Source: Turneriella sp. (GTDB taxonomy: Bacteria > Spirochaetota > Leptospiria > Turneriellales > Turneriellaceae). From it: 64,000 nt of DNA. Positions 18,990 to 28,514 of this stretch are shown here, piece by piece (position 1 is the first letter of the stretch; every line of letters starts with the position of its first letter). The notes below the pieces were generated by a model. That model searched no databases, had not been told where the DNA came from, and worked only from the letters and a program-made list of their open reading frames with translations. Where the stretch lies: contig CBDIID010000003.1 in NCBI GenBank assembly GCA_965279515.1, positions 2,944,001 through 3,008,000 of the forward strand. The letters are read 5' to 3'. The position numbers were made by a program, and so were the translations under genes.

Positions 18990-20370
18990 CCACCAGCTTT
19001 GCACCGTTTTTCACGCGCGCGTAGATGTCTTTGAAATCACCGTTGGGTACTCGGCCCAAACCACTGACAGAATATTTCGGTTTCAGCCCGCGCAAAAAGT
19101 ACATCTCAATCTCTCCTTTGTTTTTGGCATAGACCTTTCCGCGGTATTCGCACTCGAACAGAAAGCGGATGCGCTCGTGCATCTCCTGCGAAATATTGAT
19201 GGCGCCGGGCTCTCCGGAAGATTCCATGCGGCTGGCGGTATTGACCGTATCGCCCCAGACGTCATAGGCGAATTTCTTTTCACCGACCACACCCGCAACC
19301 AGCGGCCCCGTATGCATACCAAGGCGTAGCTCCCAATACGGGAGGCCCCGCTGTTCTTTGATCTCTTTCATCTGGTTCATGAACGACTGAATTTCGAGGG
19401 CCGCGAGCGCGCAATCGATCGGGTGCGTATGGTTCTCGGTGGGGATGCCCCCCGCGGCCATATAAGCGTCGCCGATGGTCTTCAGTTTTTCGAGGCCATA
19501 CTTCTCGGCGACGCTGTCGAAATAGCTGAAGCACTTATCGAGTTCGCTGACGAGTTCAACCGCACTCAGGTTTTCGGCGATACGCGTGAAGCCGACAAAG
19601 TCCGTAAACAGCACGGTGGTGGATGCATATTCGCGGGGCGTGGTGCGGCCCGTGGCCTTGAGTTCTTCTGACACTTGCAGGGGTAAAATATTCAACAGCA
19701 GCTTTTCGGATTCGGCATGGGCAACCTGCAGCGCGGCTTCCGATTTATCGGACTCGGAAGCGATATAAGAACTGATGAGAAAGACAAGTCCCGCGCCGCC
19801 AAAAATAATGGCCACCATCAGGGGGGGTACAGACCACGCGGGTGTAGCCGCCCAGGCGGCATGGTGCTCGTGCCATTGCAGCGCGCCTATAGCGGCGCCA
19901 GATGTGGCCAGAAAAAGCAGCGGCTTTACAAACCGATCATAGCTGCGCCGGTCTGGGATCACCGGCAACAGCGAGCATAAGGCAATCAAAAAAACCACGG
20001 CGTATGTGCGCAGCGGGAACATAAACACCAGGGCGGTTGTCATGAGCATGGTCGCGCCATAGGCAGTGTATTCAATCACGCTCGAGCGCTGCAGTGAAAT
20101 AAAAAGGGGATTATTCCGGCGGCGCTGCCAGAGAATAAACACCATGAAAAATCCCACACTCCACACCGTAGGCAGATAATAAAACCCCAACCAGAGTACT
20201 TGCAGCTCGCCTTTGATGACGGCCGCGATACTCATCGTCACGACCATCGTCGTCGTTACGAAAAAATTATAAAATACGGCGATCGCCAGGGCGCGGTTGA
20301 TAGAATTTCCCGCTTGCGGGCGGTTCCCTTGAATTCCTGGGAAACCCCGTACAAAGATACGGTGTTCCAC
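18979..20370 (-). CDS. Membrane-bound class III adenylate/guanylate cyclase (true start possibly 20444 with a frameshift)
   Basis: Multiple TM helices; LLLNILP, LFTDFVGFT, KTIGDAYM, YDVWGDTVNTASRMES motifs. Confidence 0.92.
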   Translation of the reverse strand: MEHRIFVRGFPGIQGNRPQAGNSINRALAIAVFYNFFVTTTMVVTMSIAAVIKGELQVLWLGFYYLPTVWSVGFFMVFILWQRRRNNPLFISLQRSSVIEYTAYGATMLMTTALVFMFPLRTYAVVFLIALCSLLPVIPDRRSYDRFVKPLLFLATSGAAIGALQWHEHHAAWAATPAWSVPPLMVAIIFGGAGLVFLISSYIASESDKSEAALQVAHAESEKLLLNILPLQVSEELKATGRTTPREYASTTVLFTDFVGFTRIAENLSAVELVSELDKCFSYFDSVAEKYGLEKLKTIGDAYMAAGGIPTENHTHPIDCALAALEIQSFMNQMKEIKEQRGLPYWELRLGMHTGPLVAGVVGEKKFAYDVWGDTVNTASRMESSGEPGAINISQEMHERIRFLFECEYRGKVYAKNKGEIEMYFLRGLKPKYSVSGLGRVPNGDFKDIYARVKNGAKLVAKA

Positions 20371-20522
20371 AAATGCAGTGCTTTGCCGATCAGGTCTGCT
20401 GCGAAAGAAGTTACCGGGCGAAGCGCTTTGTGGAAAAATTGCATCTGTTAAATCCGTTCGGGAGGGCGAGTACTTCTTTCACGGATCGCCCTCCGACTAC
20501 AAGAACGAATTAACTTGGGTAA

Positions 20523-20594
20523 CTATGGCCCGACGTATTTGTTGTTCTTAAACTGGCCTTTGACGACCTTGCCGTTGGCGTTGTCGACCCCGCG
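20523..20594 (-). pseudogene. Possible C-terminal relic of a MORN-repeat gene
   Basis: Reads RGVDNANGKVVKGQFKNNKYVGP* with gene-like codons and no start codon. Confidence 0.35.
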
Positions 20595-21686
20595 CTAGGC
20601 GGATTTTCCGCCCTGCCGGCGGCGGAATTCGCTGGGCGTCACGGTTTTGAGCTGTGTGAAGACCCTATTGAATACCGACTTGGAATTGAAGCCGACGGAG
20701 AAGGCCACATCGAGAATGTTTTTTTCAGGTTCCGCGATCAGGGTCTGACAGGCCGCTTCGATGCGGTACTCGTTGATGAACTGGTAAAAATTTTTACCGA
20801 GGCCTTTATTGATGGCTTCCGACTGCTGGACTGCCATCTGCATGGCCGAGGCGAGCTGAACGAGCGTGAGATTTTCATCGCGGTAGAGATGTTTTTCCCG
20901 CATGAGGACATCCAACTGTTTGAGAGTGCCATCGAGGTTCAGGCCACCTAACCGCGATTTTTCGTACTTGATGCGTTCGGCTTCAATGCGCGAGACATTG
21001 AGGTAGCGCTCATAGCGCAGGCCGGTCAGAAACAGAAAGCAGAGCACAACGGTGACCGTGACCGCGCTGGTTTTGACGAGATCGGGCGAGGGAGTCAGTA
21101 CACCCCACAAGCATAGGGTTGTGTTGGCGATATTGGCGGCGATGAAAACAAACGCCAGCCACTCCGTGATGCGCGAATCTTTGCGGCCCGCATAAATGGT
21201 GCGTGCGGCAGCGATGAGCGTCAGTAACAGGTAGAGAATGATCGAGACCAGCGCCATCAATACCATGATCTGCACGGGGGCGGCGGTGAGCGGGCCGCAA
21301 AGTGTGACAAGGCCTGCGAGAAAATCTGATTTGCATTCGAGCCGTTGCAGGTAAAACGGTGACAGGTAGATGAGTGCCGAGATGGCCGGCAGCGCATGCA
21401 CGAGGGCTATCCACTCAAGTTTGATTTCATGCTGCATCAGCTGGCGGAAATAATAATAGAGCAATGGCCCCGTTAAGAAAAGCAACGGCAGGTTGAAGAA
21501 GGTATAAAAAGCAAAATCTGTTTTCAGTTCGGAAAACAGCAGCGCCGTGTGGAATTGCCAGCCCGCGGTGCAGAAGAGCAGCGCGCCCAGCAGGTAATTG
21601 CGCGCCTTCTTGTGGCGCAGCATGAGCTGGCCGATGCTTAGCAGCAGGGCAAAAAGCGCGCCGAAAAAGATCAAGACAACCGCCAT
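20595..21686 (-). CDS. Membrane-anchored AraC family regulator
   Basis: About 6-7 N-terminal TM helices; NFYQFINEYRIE, VGFNSKSVFNRVF, TPSEFR. Confidence 0.9.
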   Translation of the reverse strand: MAVVLIFFGALFALLLSIGQLMLRHKKARNYLLGALLFCTAGWQFHTALLFSELKTDFAFYTFFNLPLLFLTGPLLYYYFRQLMQHEIKLEWIALVHALPAISALIYLSPFYLQRLECKSDFLAGLVTLCGPLTAAPVQIMVLMALVSIILYLLLTLIAAARTIYAGRKDSRITEWLAFVFIAANIANTTLCLWGVLTPSPDLVKTSAVTVTVVLCFLFLTGLRYERYLNVSRIEAERIKYEKSRLGGLNLDGTLKQLDVLMREKHLYRDENLTLVQLASAMQMAVQQSEAINKGLGKNFYQFINEYRIEAACQTLIAEPEKNILDVAFSVGFNSKSVFNRVFTQLKTVTPSEFRRRQGGKSA

Positions 21687-21758
21687 CGGGGGTCATACTG
21701 CCAATGTGTTTCCCAAGGTAAATTATTGCCGCAGCGGCACGCGATTCATGAGTAGTTT

Positions 21759-22478
21759 GTGCCCCGGTCGCCGCGCCTTATCCTCTTCGTTTTCAGCTGC
21801 GTGTTATTGCCCGGATGCAGAACCGGATCGAACTATGAAAAGCTGAAACAGCCGAAAACCGTCGCGGCCGAAACCCCGGCGTCGACAGGCCCGGCCACGC
21901 GCCCATTTCTTATCCGACCCTTTACCTTTGCTGAGATCGGCGACCGCACCGAGATGTTTCGCAAGGCATTCGTCGTACCCGGTTATAAGGGCATCGATTT
22001 CGATACCTATGGCCGCATGGATCCGGCGGATCAAAAAACCGGGATGAAGACGATCTACTCGCTGCCCGAGGTGCATAAGCTCTTCGCCGCTGAACTGACC
22101 CGCCTTGAGATCCCCACCGTTGTCAATGTCGAGATTCCGCCTGATAAGGGGGGAGTGCTGGATGTGCGCATTCTGGGCTCTGAGTCAAGCCTCAGGATGC
22201 ACACGTATGGATGCTGGCCCATCGTCGGTACCGTGGTCTATCTCTTCAATGCCGATATTTACACCGTCGTGACGAAGACCCGGCTGGAATATAAGATCAC
22301 GGGAATGGCGGCAAAGGAGCCGTCAGGCACTTTGGAAATCTACTCGGAAAAGGATTTCAGCTTTTGGGGATCTTACATGGGGTTCGACATCTATGAAAGC
22401 TTTGAAGAGGCGCAGGCAGGGCATATCAAGGACATTGCGGCACGCCTGGCGCGCACGTTGGCTGCCGGCGCGTTTTGA
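21759..22478 (+). CDS. Hypothetical lipoprotein
   Basis: Lipobox LPGC; 239-aa ORF divergent from the AraC gene. Confidence 0.7.
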   Translation: MPRSPRLILFVFSCVLLPGCRTGSNYEKLKQPKTVAAETPASTGPATRPFLIRPFTFAEIGDRTEMFRKAFVVPGYKGIDFDTYGRMDPADQKTGMKTIYSLPEVHKLFAAELTRLEIPTVVNVEIPPDKGGVLDVRILGSESSLRMHTYGCWPIVGTVVYLFNADIYTVVTKTRLEYKITGMAAKEPSGTLEIYSEKDFSFWGSYMGFDIYESFEEAQAGHIKDIAARLARTLAAGAF

Positions 22479-22480
22479 GA

Positions 22481-23017
22481 TTACCAATAACTCTCTATGT
22501 CGAAGTTTTCGCAGGTTAGATTGCGGTAAAATGGCCGCGAGCCACCGTTTACGGCGAAGATTTGAATAGTTTCGACGAAGCGAATGCCTTCCCAGGTTAA
22601 ATGAGCGTTTGAAACGAAGCGAGAGTTCCGTTTTTCCATAGCCAGCGTCTGGAGATACAGTTCTATCGCCAGTCGAACAAAGGCAGTGATTGTCAAACCC
22701 AGTTCCATTGCCGCAAGACGGATGATCTTTTCATCATCGCCATAAAGACACATCGTATGGCGATGGATATCTTGTGCCCTCGCTAAACCGTCTTTGACGC
22801 CTACCGCCACGTGCCGCAGTTTAGGATTCCAGCGCAGCGAGCACTTGCGCGCCAGCCGCAAAACACAGTAGCGGGTTATGGTCGAGTAAGTGCGGCGTCG
22901 TTGCCAGGCTGCCAGCTTAATTCTGTTCCAATGGATCGGCGCCAGGCGGATCTCCAAAAGATGTGTAATCTGGATAGGCTTGCCTTCAAGAAACCGGGGT
23001 TGTTTTCTGCATTGCAT
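22481..23017 (-). CDS. DUF1564-like protein with two ribbon-helix-helix-like repeats
   Basis: Repeats WNRIKLAA...TYSTITRYCV and DEKIIRLAA.ELGLTITAFVRLAI; start uncertain (ATG 23017 has AGGA upstream, 23098 is an alternative). Confidence 0.55.
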   Translation of the reverse strand: MQCRKQPRFLEGKPIQITHLLEIRLAPIHWNRIKLAAWQRRRTYSTITRYCVLRLARKCSLRWNPKLRHVAVGVKDGLARAQDIHRHTMCLYGDDEKIIRLAAMELGLTITAFVRLAIELYLQTLAMEKRNSRFVSNAHLTWEGIRFVETIQIFAVNGGSRPFYRNLTCENFDIESYW

Positions 23018-23129
23018 GGTGCATCCTACAGAAGAAATACCCGCAAAGTGCGTTTTTTTCTCACCCACTCCTGGAAATCCTTCAAAAAGCGCGCCCATTG
23101 CCTCTTTAGAAAAAGGCTTGTAAACGCAC

Positions 23130-23155
23130 ATGCGACATAATAATGTGACATAATA
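23130..23155 (+). repeat. Tandem 13-bp direct repeat ending at a start codon
   Basis: ATGCGACATAATA / ATGTGACATAATA, 12 of 13 identical. Confidence 0.7.
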
Positions 23156-26100
23156 TGCTCGAGTACGCCCTACCGGTGGCGGCATCAGTGTTCTTTACGC
23201 TGTTCCTGCGCCGGCTCGACAAATCAAACGTTAACCTCAAAAAAATCAAGGCAATCGCTGAAAGGGCGGAGCGCGAGCTCTCTGACCTGACGCTCAAGAA
23301 AAAAGAAGAACTCAAAGACGCGACGATCCGTTTCGATTCGATTCTTATCAATGCGGATAAATATCTCGGTGCGCTGACCGAAAAACTCGAGCAGGCGAAG
23401 GCTGACCTGTCTTCTGTCGAAAACACGCGCCAGAATCTGCGTGTCATGGATTCAGAGCTGCAGTCGCTCGACAATACCACGCGCTCGGTCAAGGACCAGC
23501 TGAAGTTTATCAACGAATCGCTCGATAAAATTGACCAGCAGCAGAAGCGCATCAAGAAGCTGCAAGACCATGTGAAACAGGTCGACGATGAAGCGGCGAA
23601 TATGATCGACGCTTTCCAGGCCGCGCTCAAAGACAAGTCGGGTGAAATATTAACCGTCCTCGAAAAGAAGTTTGAAGAAGTCACGAATGAGACGCTCAAG
23701 ATGCAGGGCGATCTGCGCGACGACCTCATGGCGCGCCATACCGACCTCAAAGGCGAAGTCGAAGCGAGTTACGAGCAGCTCGAAATCGATCTCAAGAAGA
23801 GCGCGCAGGATTTAACGCAGAATATCGAAGCCCGTATCCATACGCAGATTCAGGCCGTGGGTGATTTGCAGGAACGCATCTTCTCTGCGGAGAAAAATCT
23901 CGAGGTTACAGTCCCTGACATGATCCGCGATATCAAGAACGATATTCTGCGCGATATGCAGGATCAGGCGCAGAAGCTGGAAACGCTGAAACTGAGCCTT
24001 TCGGGCACCGAAGACACGATGCGCAAGAAGCTGCAGGCTTTCCGCGAAGAGCTCGAGCAGCAGCGTTCGCTCTTATTCCATGAGATTGCGACAGAAGCTG
24101 AGCGCATCCGCGATCAGATCTCGAACCTCGACCTCGACGCCCTGGCGAAGAAAGACGAAATCATCAAATCCGCGCGTGGCGAAGCGCTGAAGATTCAGAA
24201 AAACATCGAAGAATTCAACGATCAGTACGCGCGTGCGCGCGAAACCCTGTTTCAGGAAGCGTCACGCCGTGAAAGCGACCTGTCGCACAAGCTCGACGAG
24301 ATCGAGAACCTCAATAAAAATATCAGCGCGAATCTCGCAACCAGCCGGTCGCGCGGCCTCGAAGAAATACAGGGCGAGCTGCAAAAGGCGCTCAGCGAAA
24401 TCAAAACAGCTTCGCGCGAACTGTTCAGTGATATTGAAGAAGACATTTTGCGCGAATCGAGCATGCTGCGCGAGAAGCTAAGCTCAGTTCAGGCCGAAGT
24501 CACCGACATCGTACAGAAGACCGAAGAGCGCTGCGAAAATCTCGAGGCGAAAGTCGCCGATATTTCCGTGAATACCGAAAAAGAATTCGCGAGCTACCTT
24601 AAAGAACTTAAAAAGGCCGCCGAAAAAGGGCTGGAATCTTACAAAGAAGAACTCACCGAGCGCGAACGCCAGTTCATGCAGGGGATTACCAGCCTCGACA
24701 AGAGTTTGCGCGACAAGATCGCTGACGCCGACCGCCACTTCGAGAGCGCACAGGCCCGCCTCGAAGAGATCGTTAAAGACGCCCGAAATGCTCTCCATAA
24801 AAACACCATGGAGATCGAGAAGAGCCGTGCCGAGATGATGCGCGATATGGACAGCGAACTCGGCGACGCGGTGCAGCGTTTCCGCACACGCATTGAAGAG
24901 AAAGAAAACGAGTTTAGCGCAAAACTCGAGAATAACGTCGCGCGCTTTTTTGATATGAAGAAGGGGCTCGAATCCACCCAGGAAACCCTGATCGAGAACC
25001 TGCAGTCGGAAAAACGCCGTATTGAAAATGAAATCCGCCAGACCAATGACCAGCAGCTGAAACTCTTTGACCAGGAGCTCAGCGAACGCGAAAACCGTTA
25101 CCGTGGCCAGCTGACATCGCTCTCTTCTGAATCGGTCAGCGACTTCCGCGGTAAAGTTTCTGAGCTCATGGACCGCCTGATGGAAATGAAGTCCGAGACA
25201 TCATCCACCTTCAACGAGTTCCAGGAGAACCAGCAGGAAGTCTATGCCGCGATCGTCGAAGAGACACGCACCACAGGGCAGGAAATCCGCGAGCTAAAAG
25301 AGTCGCTGCGTGAGCTGAAAGCTGAGGGGATCAGCGTCGAGAAGAACCGCCAGGCCACCGAAAGCCTGCGTACACTCATTCGCGAACTGTCGCAGAAGAT
25401 CGAACAGGCCGAGAGCAAAAACCAGGCGATCGGCGAAGTCTACCAGCGCGTCGAAGAGATGAAAGAGATGCGCACGAAGCTCGAAACGGAGCTTTTAATG
25501 CTCAAAGACAAGCGCGACAAGGTCGATCGCCTTGAAGAAAGTATCAACTTCGTGCTCGGTATGCAGAACGAGATCGAGGCGAAATCGGTATCGCTGAAAA
25601 AACTGCAGACTAACCTCGACGAATTCTCGGCGCATTATGTAAAACTCGAAGAAGAACGCCGCAAAGCCGATGTTCTCATGCAGAACCTCATCGATGAAAA
25701 CCGCCTGATCCAGAAAACAATTGATAAAATCGAAGCGCAAGACAGGCATATCGATACGCTCAACGACGGTATCACGCAACTCAACGGTTTCTTCCAGCGC
25801 GTTGAGCAGCGTTCGCACCTGTTGAAAGAACAGCTCGATACTATCACCGACCAGATGGTCGGGTTGCATAAGAATGAGAAAGAGCTGCAGTCGATTCAGG
25901 GCCGTTTCATGGAGATCGAAGATCTCATGGCCGATATCGACAAGAAGAAGACGCAGATTATTTCTTTCAACAAACAATTCGAAGAGCTCAGAAAATCCAT
26001 GTCTACGAGTGTGCAGCAGATCGAGAAGATCGAACAGAATGCAGAATCGAAAGTGCGCCAGCTCTCTGAATTTATGAAGGCCATGGACGACGACCGTTCA

Positions 26101-26262
26101 AGCAAAGTGACATTGACGAAGACGCTTTCGCCTTCAGGCGTCGGCGACAAGAAAGAGATGGTACGCAAACTCTCGACCTTCGGCTGGACCGCGGAAGAGA
26201 TCGCGCAGCGCGTGAATCTTGATATCCACACTATCGAGACGATTCTTTCGTTACCGGCATAA
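23155..26262 (+). CDS. SpiroCoCo-type spirochetal coiled-coil protein
   Basis: N-terminal TM followed by LRRLDKSN, about 950 aa of heptad coiled coil, C-terminal GWT.EEIA HTH-like tail. Confidence 0.8.
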   Translation: MLEYALPVAASVFFTLFLRRLDKSNVNLKKIKAIAERAERELSDLTLKKKEELKDATIRFDSILINADKYLGALTEKLEQAKADLSSVENTRQNLRVMDSELQSLDNTTRSVKDQLKFINESLDKIDQQQKRIKKLQDHVKQVDDEAANMIDAFQAALKDKSGEILTVLEKKFEEVTNETLKMQGDLRDDLMARHTDLKGEVEASYEQLEIDLKKSAQDLTQNIEARIHTQIQAVGDLQERIFSAEKNLEVTVPDMIRDIKNDILRDMQDQAQKLETLKLSLSGTEDTMRKKLQAFREELEQQRSLLFHEIATEAERIRDQISNLDLDALAKKDEIIKSARGEALKIQKNIEEFNDQYARARETLFQEASRRESDLSHKLDEIENLNKNISANLATSRSRGLEEIQGELQKALSEIKTASRELFSDIEEDILRESSMLREKLSSVQAEVTDIVQKTEERCENLEAKVADISVNTEKEFASYLKELKKAAEKGLESYKEELTERERQFMQGITSLDKSLRDKIADADRHFESAQARLEEIVKDARNALHKNTMEIEKSRAEMMRDMDSELGDAVQRFRTRIEEKENEFSAKLENNVARFFDMKKGLESTQETLIENLQSEKRRIENEIRQTNDQQLKLFDQELSERENRYRGQLTSLSSESVSDFRGKVSELMDRLMEMKSETSSTFNEFQENQQEVYAAIVEETRTTGQEIRELKESLRELKAEGISVEKNRQATESLRTLIRELSQKIEQAESKNQAIGEVYQRVEEMKEMRTKLETELLMLKDKRDKVDRLEESINFVLGMQNEIEAKSVSLKKLQTNLDEFSAHYVKLEEERRKADVLMQNLIDENRLIQKTIDKIEAQDRHIDTLNDGITQLNGFFQRVEQRSHLLKEQLDTITDQMVGLHKNEKELQSIQGRFMEIEDLMADIDKKKTQIISFNKQFEELRKSMSTSVQQIEKIEQNAESKVRQLSEFMKAMDDDRSSKVTLTKTLSPSGVGDKKEMVRKLSTFGWTAEEIAQRVNLDIHTIETILSLPA

Positions 26263-26311
26263 TCTGGTTGTCGGGCAAAGTGATTTGTGAAACAAATCAC
26301 GGGGTCGGGAT

Positions 26312-28426
26312 ATGATTACCCTCGCCGAAACCGGCCTCTTTAACGATACCCAGCTCAAGACGTTAAGCCGTCTAAAGGTAAAAGATGTGCGCGATCTCTT
26401 TTATTACCTGCCGCGCAAGTATATCGACCGCAGCCAGAAACTCGACCTGAGAAATTCACGTGCCGGCGATCTCGTCACGGTCGTTGGTATGATCACGCAT
26501 GCGGAGATGCGTTTTGCGGGCCGCAAACGTTTTACGATCAAGGTCGAGGCAAACGGTTTTATCATCTACGCGACATTTTTTAATGCCGGCGCTTATATGC
26601 AGAAGATTCTCAAAGTGGGCTCTGAAATTGCCTGCTGGGGTAAGCTCGAGGTTTATAAAGGTCGCTTAAGTTTTATGCATCCCGAGTGGGAGCTTCTCAC
26701 AGATGAGGGGCAGCAACACACAGGCCGCATCGTCCCGGTTTATCGTATCACCGAGGGTATGCGCACCGCCTACCTCACGGTCAAGTCACTGCGCGAAAAG
26801 ATCGCGGCCTGCCTCGGCAAATATGAAAACCGCATCGCGGATTACATACCGGCGCAGACGCTGAAAAAACTCAATCTTCTGGCGATTCAGCCGGCGCTCC
26901 ATAAGATTCATTTTCCCGAATCGCTCGAAGAGACTGAAGAGGCACGGCGTCGTATGGCCTTCGACGAGCTGGTGCTCTTCTCGGTGCTGACGGAAGAGAA
27001 AAAGGCGGCGATTCGCCGCATCAACAAAGAATTCCGTATCGTGGTAAATCCTGCCCTTAAAAAAGAACTCGCAGAGTTGGTTAAAGCCCTGCCTTTTACG
27101 CTGACCGAAGACCAGCAAAAGGCGATCGACTTGCTGCTAAAAAATTCAGCGGCGACTTACCCCGTGAACCATTTACTCATGGGCGATGTTGGTAGCGGCA
27201 AGACCCTTGTCGCGCTCATTCTCGCCCTGGTTTACATGCGCCATAAGTTGCAGGTGGCCTACCTGGCGCCGACCGAGATTCTCGCCCGCCAGCACTACCA
27301 GACATTTCTGAATATTCTTCCCGGCGGTTCTTTCGAGGGGGTGGAGCTCATTCTCGGCAAGGAACCGGGTAAGGAGAAAAAGGCAAAGCTCGAGCGTATT
27401 GCGCGCGGCGAATCCTTGCTCGCGATCGGCACTCATGCGTTGATTCAGGACGAAGTGGTTTTTGAAAATCTTTCGCTGATCATCATCGACGAGCAGCACC
27501 GTTTTGGCGTCGAACAGCGCGAGAAGCTGCGCGCGAAGGGAAAAAATCCCGATTTGCTCTCCATGACCGCCACGCCGATTCCGCGCACACTGACTTTGGC
27601 ATATTACGGCGATCTTGAACCCGTTTATCTGAAAGAGAAGCCCAAAAGCCGCATCAAGATCGATACCCGCATCTTTCCCGAATCGGACCTCGAGCGTATC
27701 TATAAATCGGTGCGCAAGTATGTGAACGAGGGGCGGCAGGTCTACATCATCTATCCCGTGATCGATGAGAACGAGAACTCCGACGGGGTGCACGGAGGCA
27801 CCGGGGTCGACCGAGCCAAGGATGGCGGCAGGTCGACCATGGCTTCACTGCTCAGTGACTACGCAACGCTTGAGCGTGAGGTCTTTCCCGACCTGCGTTT
27901 GGGCCTCTTACACGGGCGGCTTGCGGGTGACGAAAAAGAACGGGCCATGCAGAAATTTAAAGAGGGATTGATTCAGGTGCTGGTTGCCACTACCGTTGTG
28001 GAAGTGGGTATCGACGTACCGAATGCAAATGTCATTGTGATACGCAACCCCGACCGTTTCGGTTTGTCGCAATTGCACCAGCTGCGGGGTCGCGTGGGCC
28101 GCGGTCTCTACCAGAGCTTCTGTATTCTCGTTGCCCCTGACAAATTAACGCAGGAAGGCGAAGAGCGGCTCGCGGCGATGGTTAAGACTGAAGACGGCTT
28201 TGAACTCGCAGAAGTGGATTTTAATATCCGCGGTGCGGGTGAAGTCACCGGGCTCAGGCAGTCGGGCGCATCGGAATTCCATGTTGCCGATCTCAGGGTG
28301 CATGGTGCGCTCATGGAGAAGGCTGTGGAATTTTTGCAGGCCAACCCCGCGGTGCAGGCGCAATTTGGTAGCATGAAAAATATCCAACAGACCCTGGAGA
28401 AGGGGTTGGTGCTTTTCGGCAATTAA
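26312..28426 (+). CDS. recG: ATP-dependent DNA helicase RecG
   Basis: Wedge/OB domain, GDVGSGKT, DEQHRFG, MTATPIPRTL, QLHQLRGRVGRG, RGAGE..G.RQSG. Confidence 0.97.
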   Translation: MITLAETGLFNDTQLKTLSRLKVKDVRDLFYYLPRKYIDRSQKLDLRNSRAGDLVTVVGMITHAEMRFAGRKRFTIKVEANGFIIYATFFNAGAYMQKILKVGSEIACWGKLEVYKGRLSFMHPEWELLTDEGQQHTGRIVPVYRITEGMRTAYLTVKSLREKIAACLGKYENRIADYIPAQTLKKLNLLAIQPALHKIHFPESLEETEEARRRMAFDELVLFSVLTEEKKAAIRRINKEFRIVVNPALKKELAELVKALPFTLTEDQQKAIDLLLKNSAATYPVNHLLMGDVGSGKTLVALILALVYMRHKLQVAYLAPTEILARQHYQTFLNILPGGSFEGVELILGKEPGKEKKAKLERIARGESLLAIGTHALIQDEVVFENLSLIIIDEQHRFGVEQREKLRAKGKNPDLLSMTATPIPRTLTLAYYGDLEPVYLKEKPKSRIKIDTRIFPESDLERIYKSVRKYVNEGRQVYIIYPVIDENENSDGVHGGTGVDRAKDGGRSTMASLLSDYATLEREVFPDLRLGLLHGRLAGDEKERAMQKFKEGLIQVLVATTVVEVGIDVPNANVIVIRNPDRFGLSQLHQLRGRVGRGLYQSFCILVAPDKLTQEGEERLAAMVKTEDGFELAEVDFNIRGAGEVTGLRQSGASEFHVADLRVHGALMEKAVEFLQANPAVQAQFGSMKNIQQTLEKGLVLFGN
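27785..27838 (+). repeat. In-frame double-hairpin element inside recG (family B)
   Basis: GGTGC-ACGGAG-GCACC and GGTCGACC..GCCA-AGGA-TGGC..GGTCGACC; encodes GVHGGTGVDRAKDGGRST. Confidence 0.65.
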
Positions 28427-28514
28427 ATTACAAAAAAAATGAGCACTTAGCTCTCGGCATTGACTCTCCTTAGCGAAAGATAAAATCTTTCACTTTCAGA
28501 TAAAAAGGAGAAAA

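Noticed and set aside
20300..20312. GGGAAAT as a programmed -1 frameshift site in the cyclase
   Set aside because: The heptamer is not in the X XXY YYZ phase of the upstream frame; a simple indel explains it better.
23155..26262. Second SMC or phage tape-measure gene
   Set aside because: No Walker motifs and no phage genes nearby; both termini fit a spirochetal coiled-coil protein.
28460..28486. TTGACT...TAAAAT promoter
   Set aside because: The spacer is only 15 bp, too weak to call.
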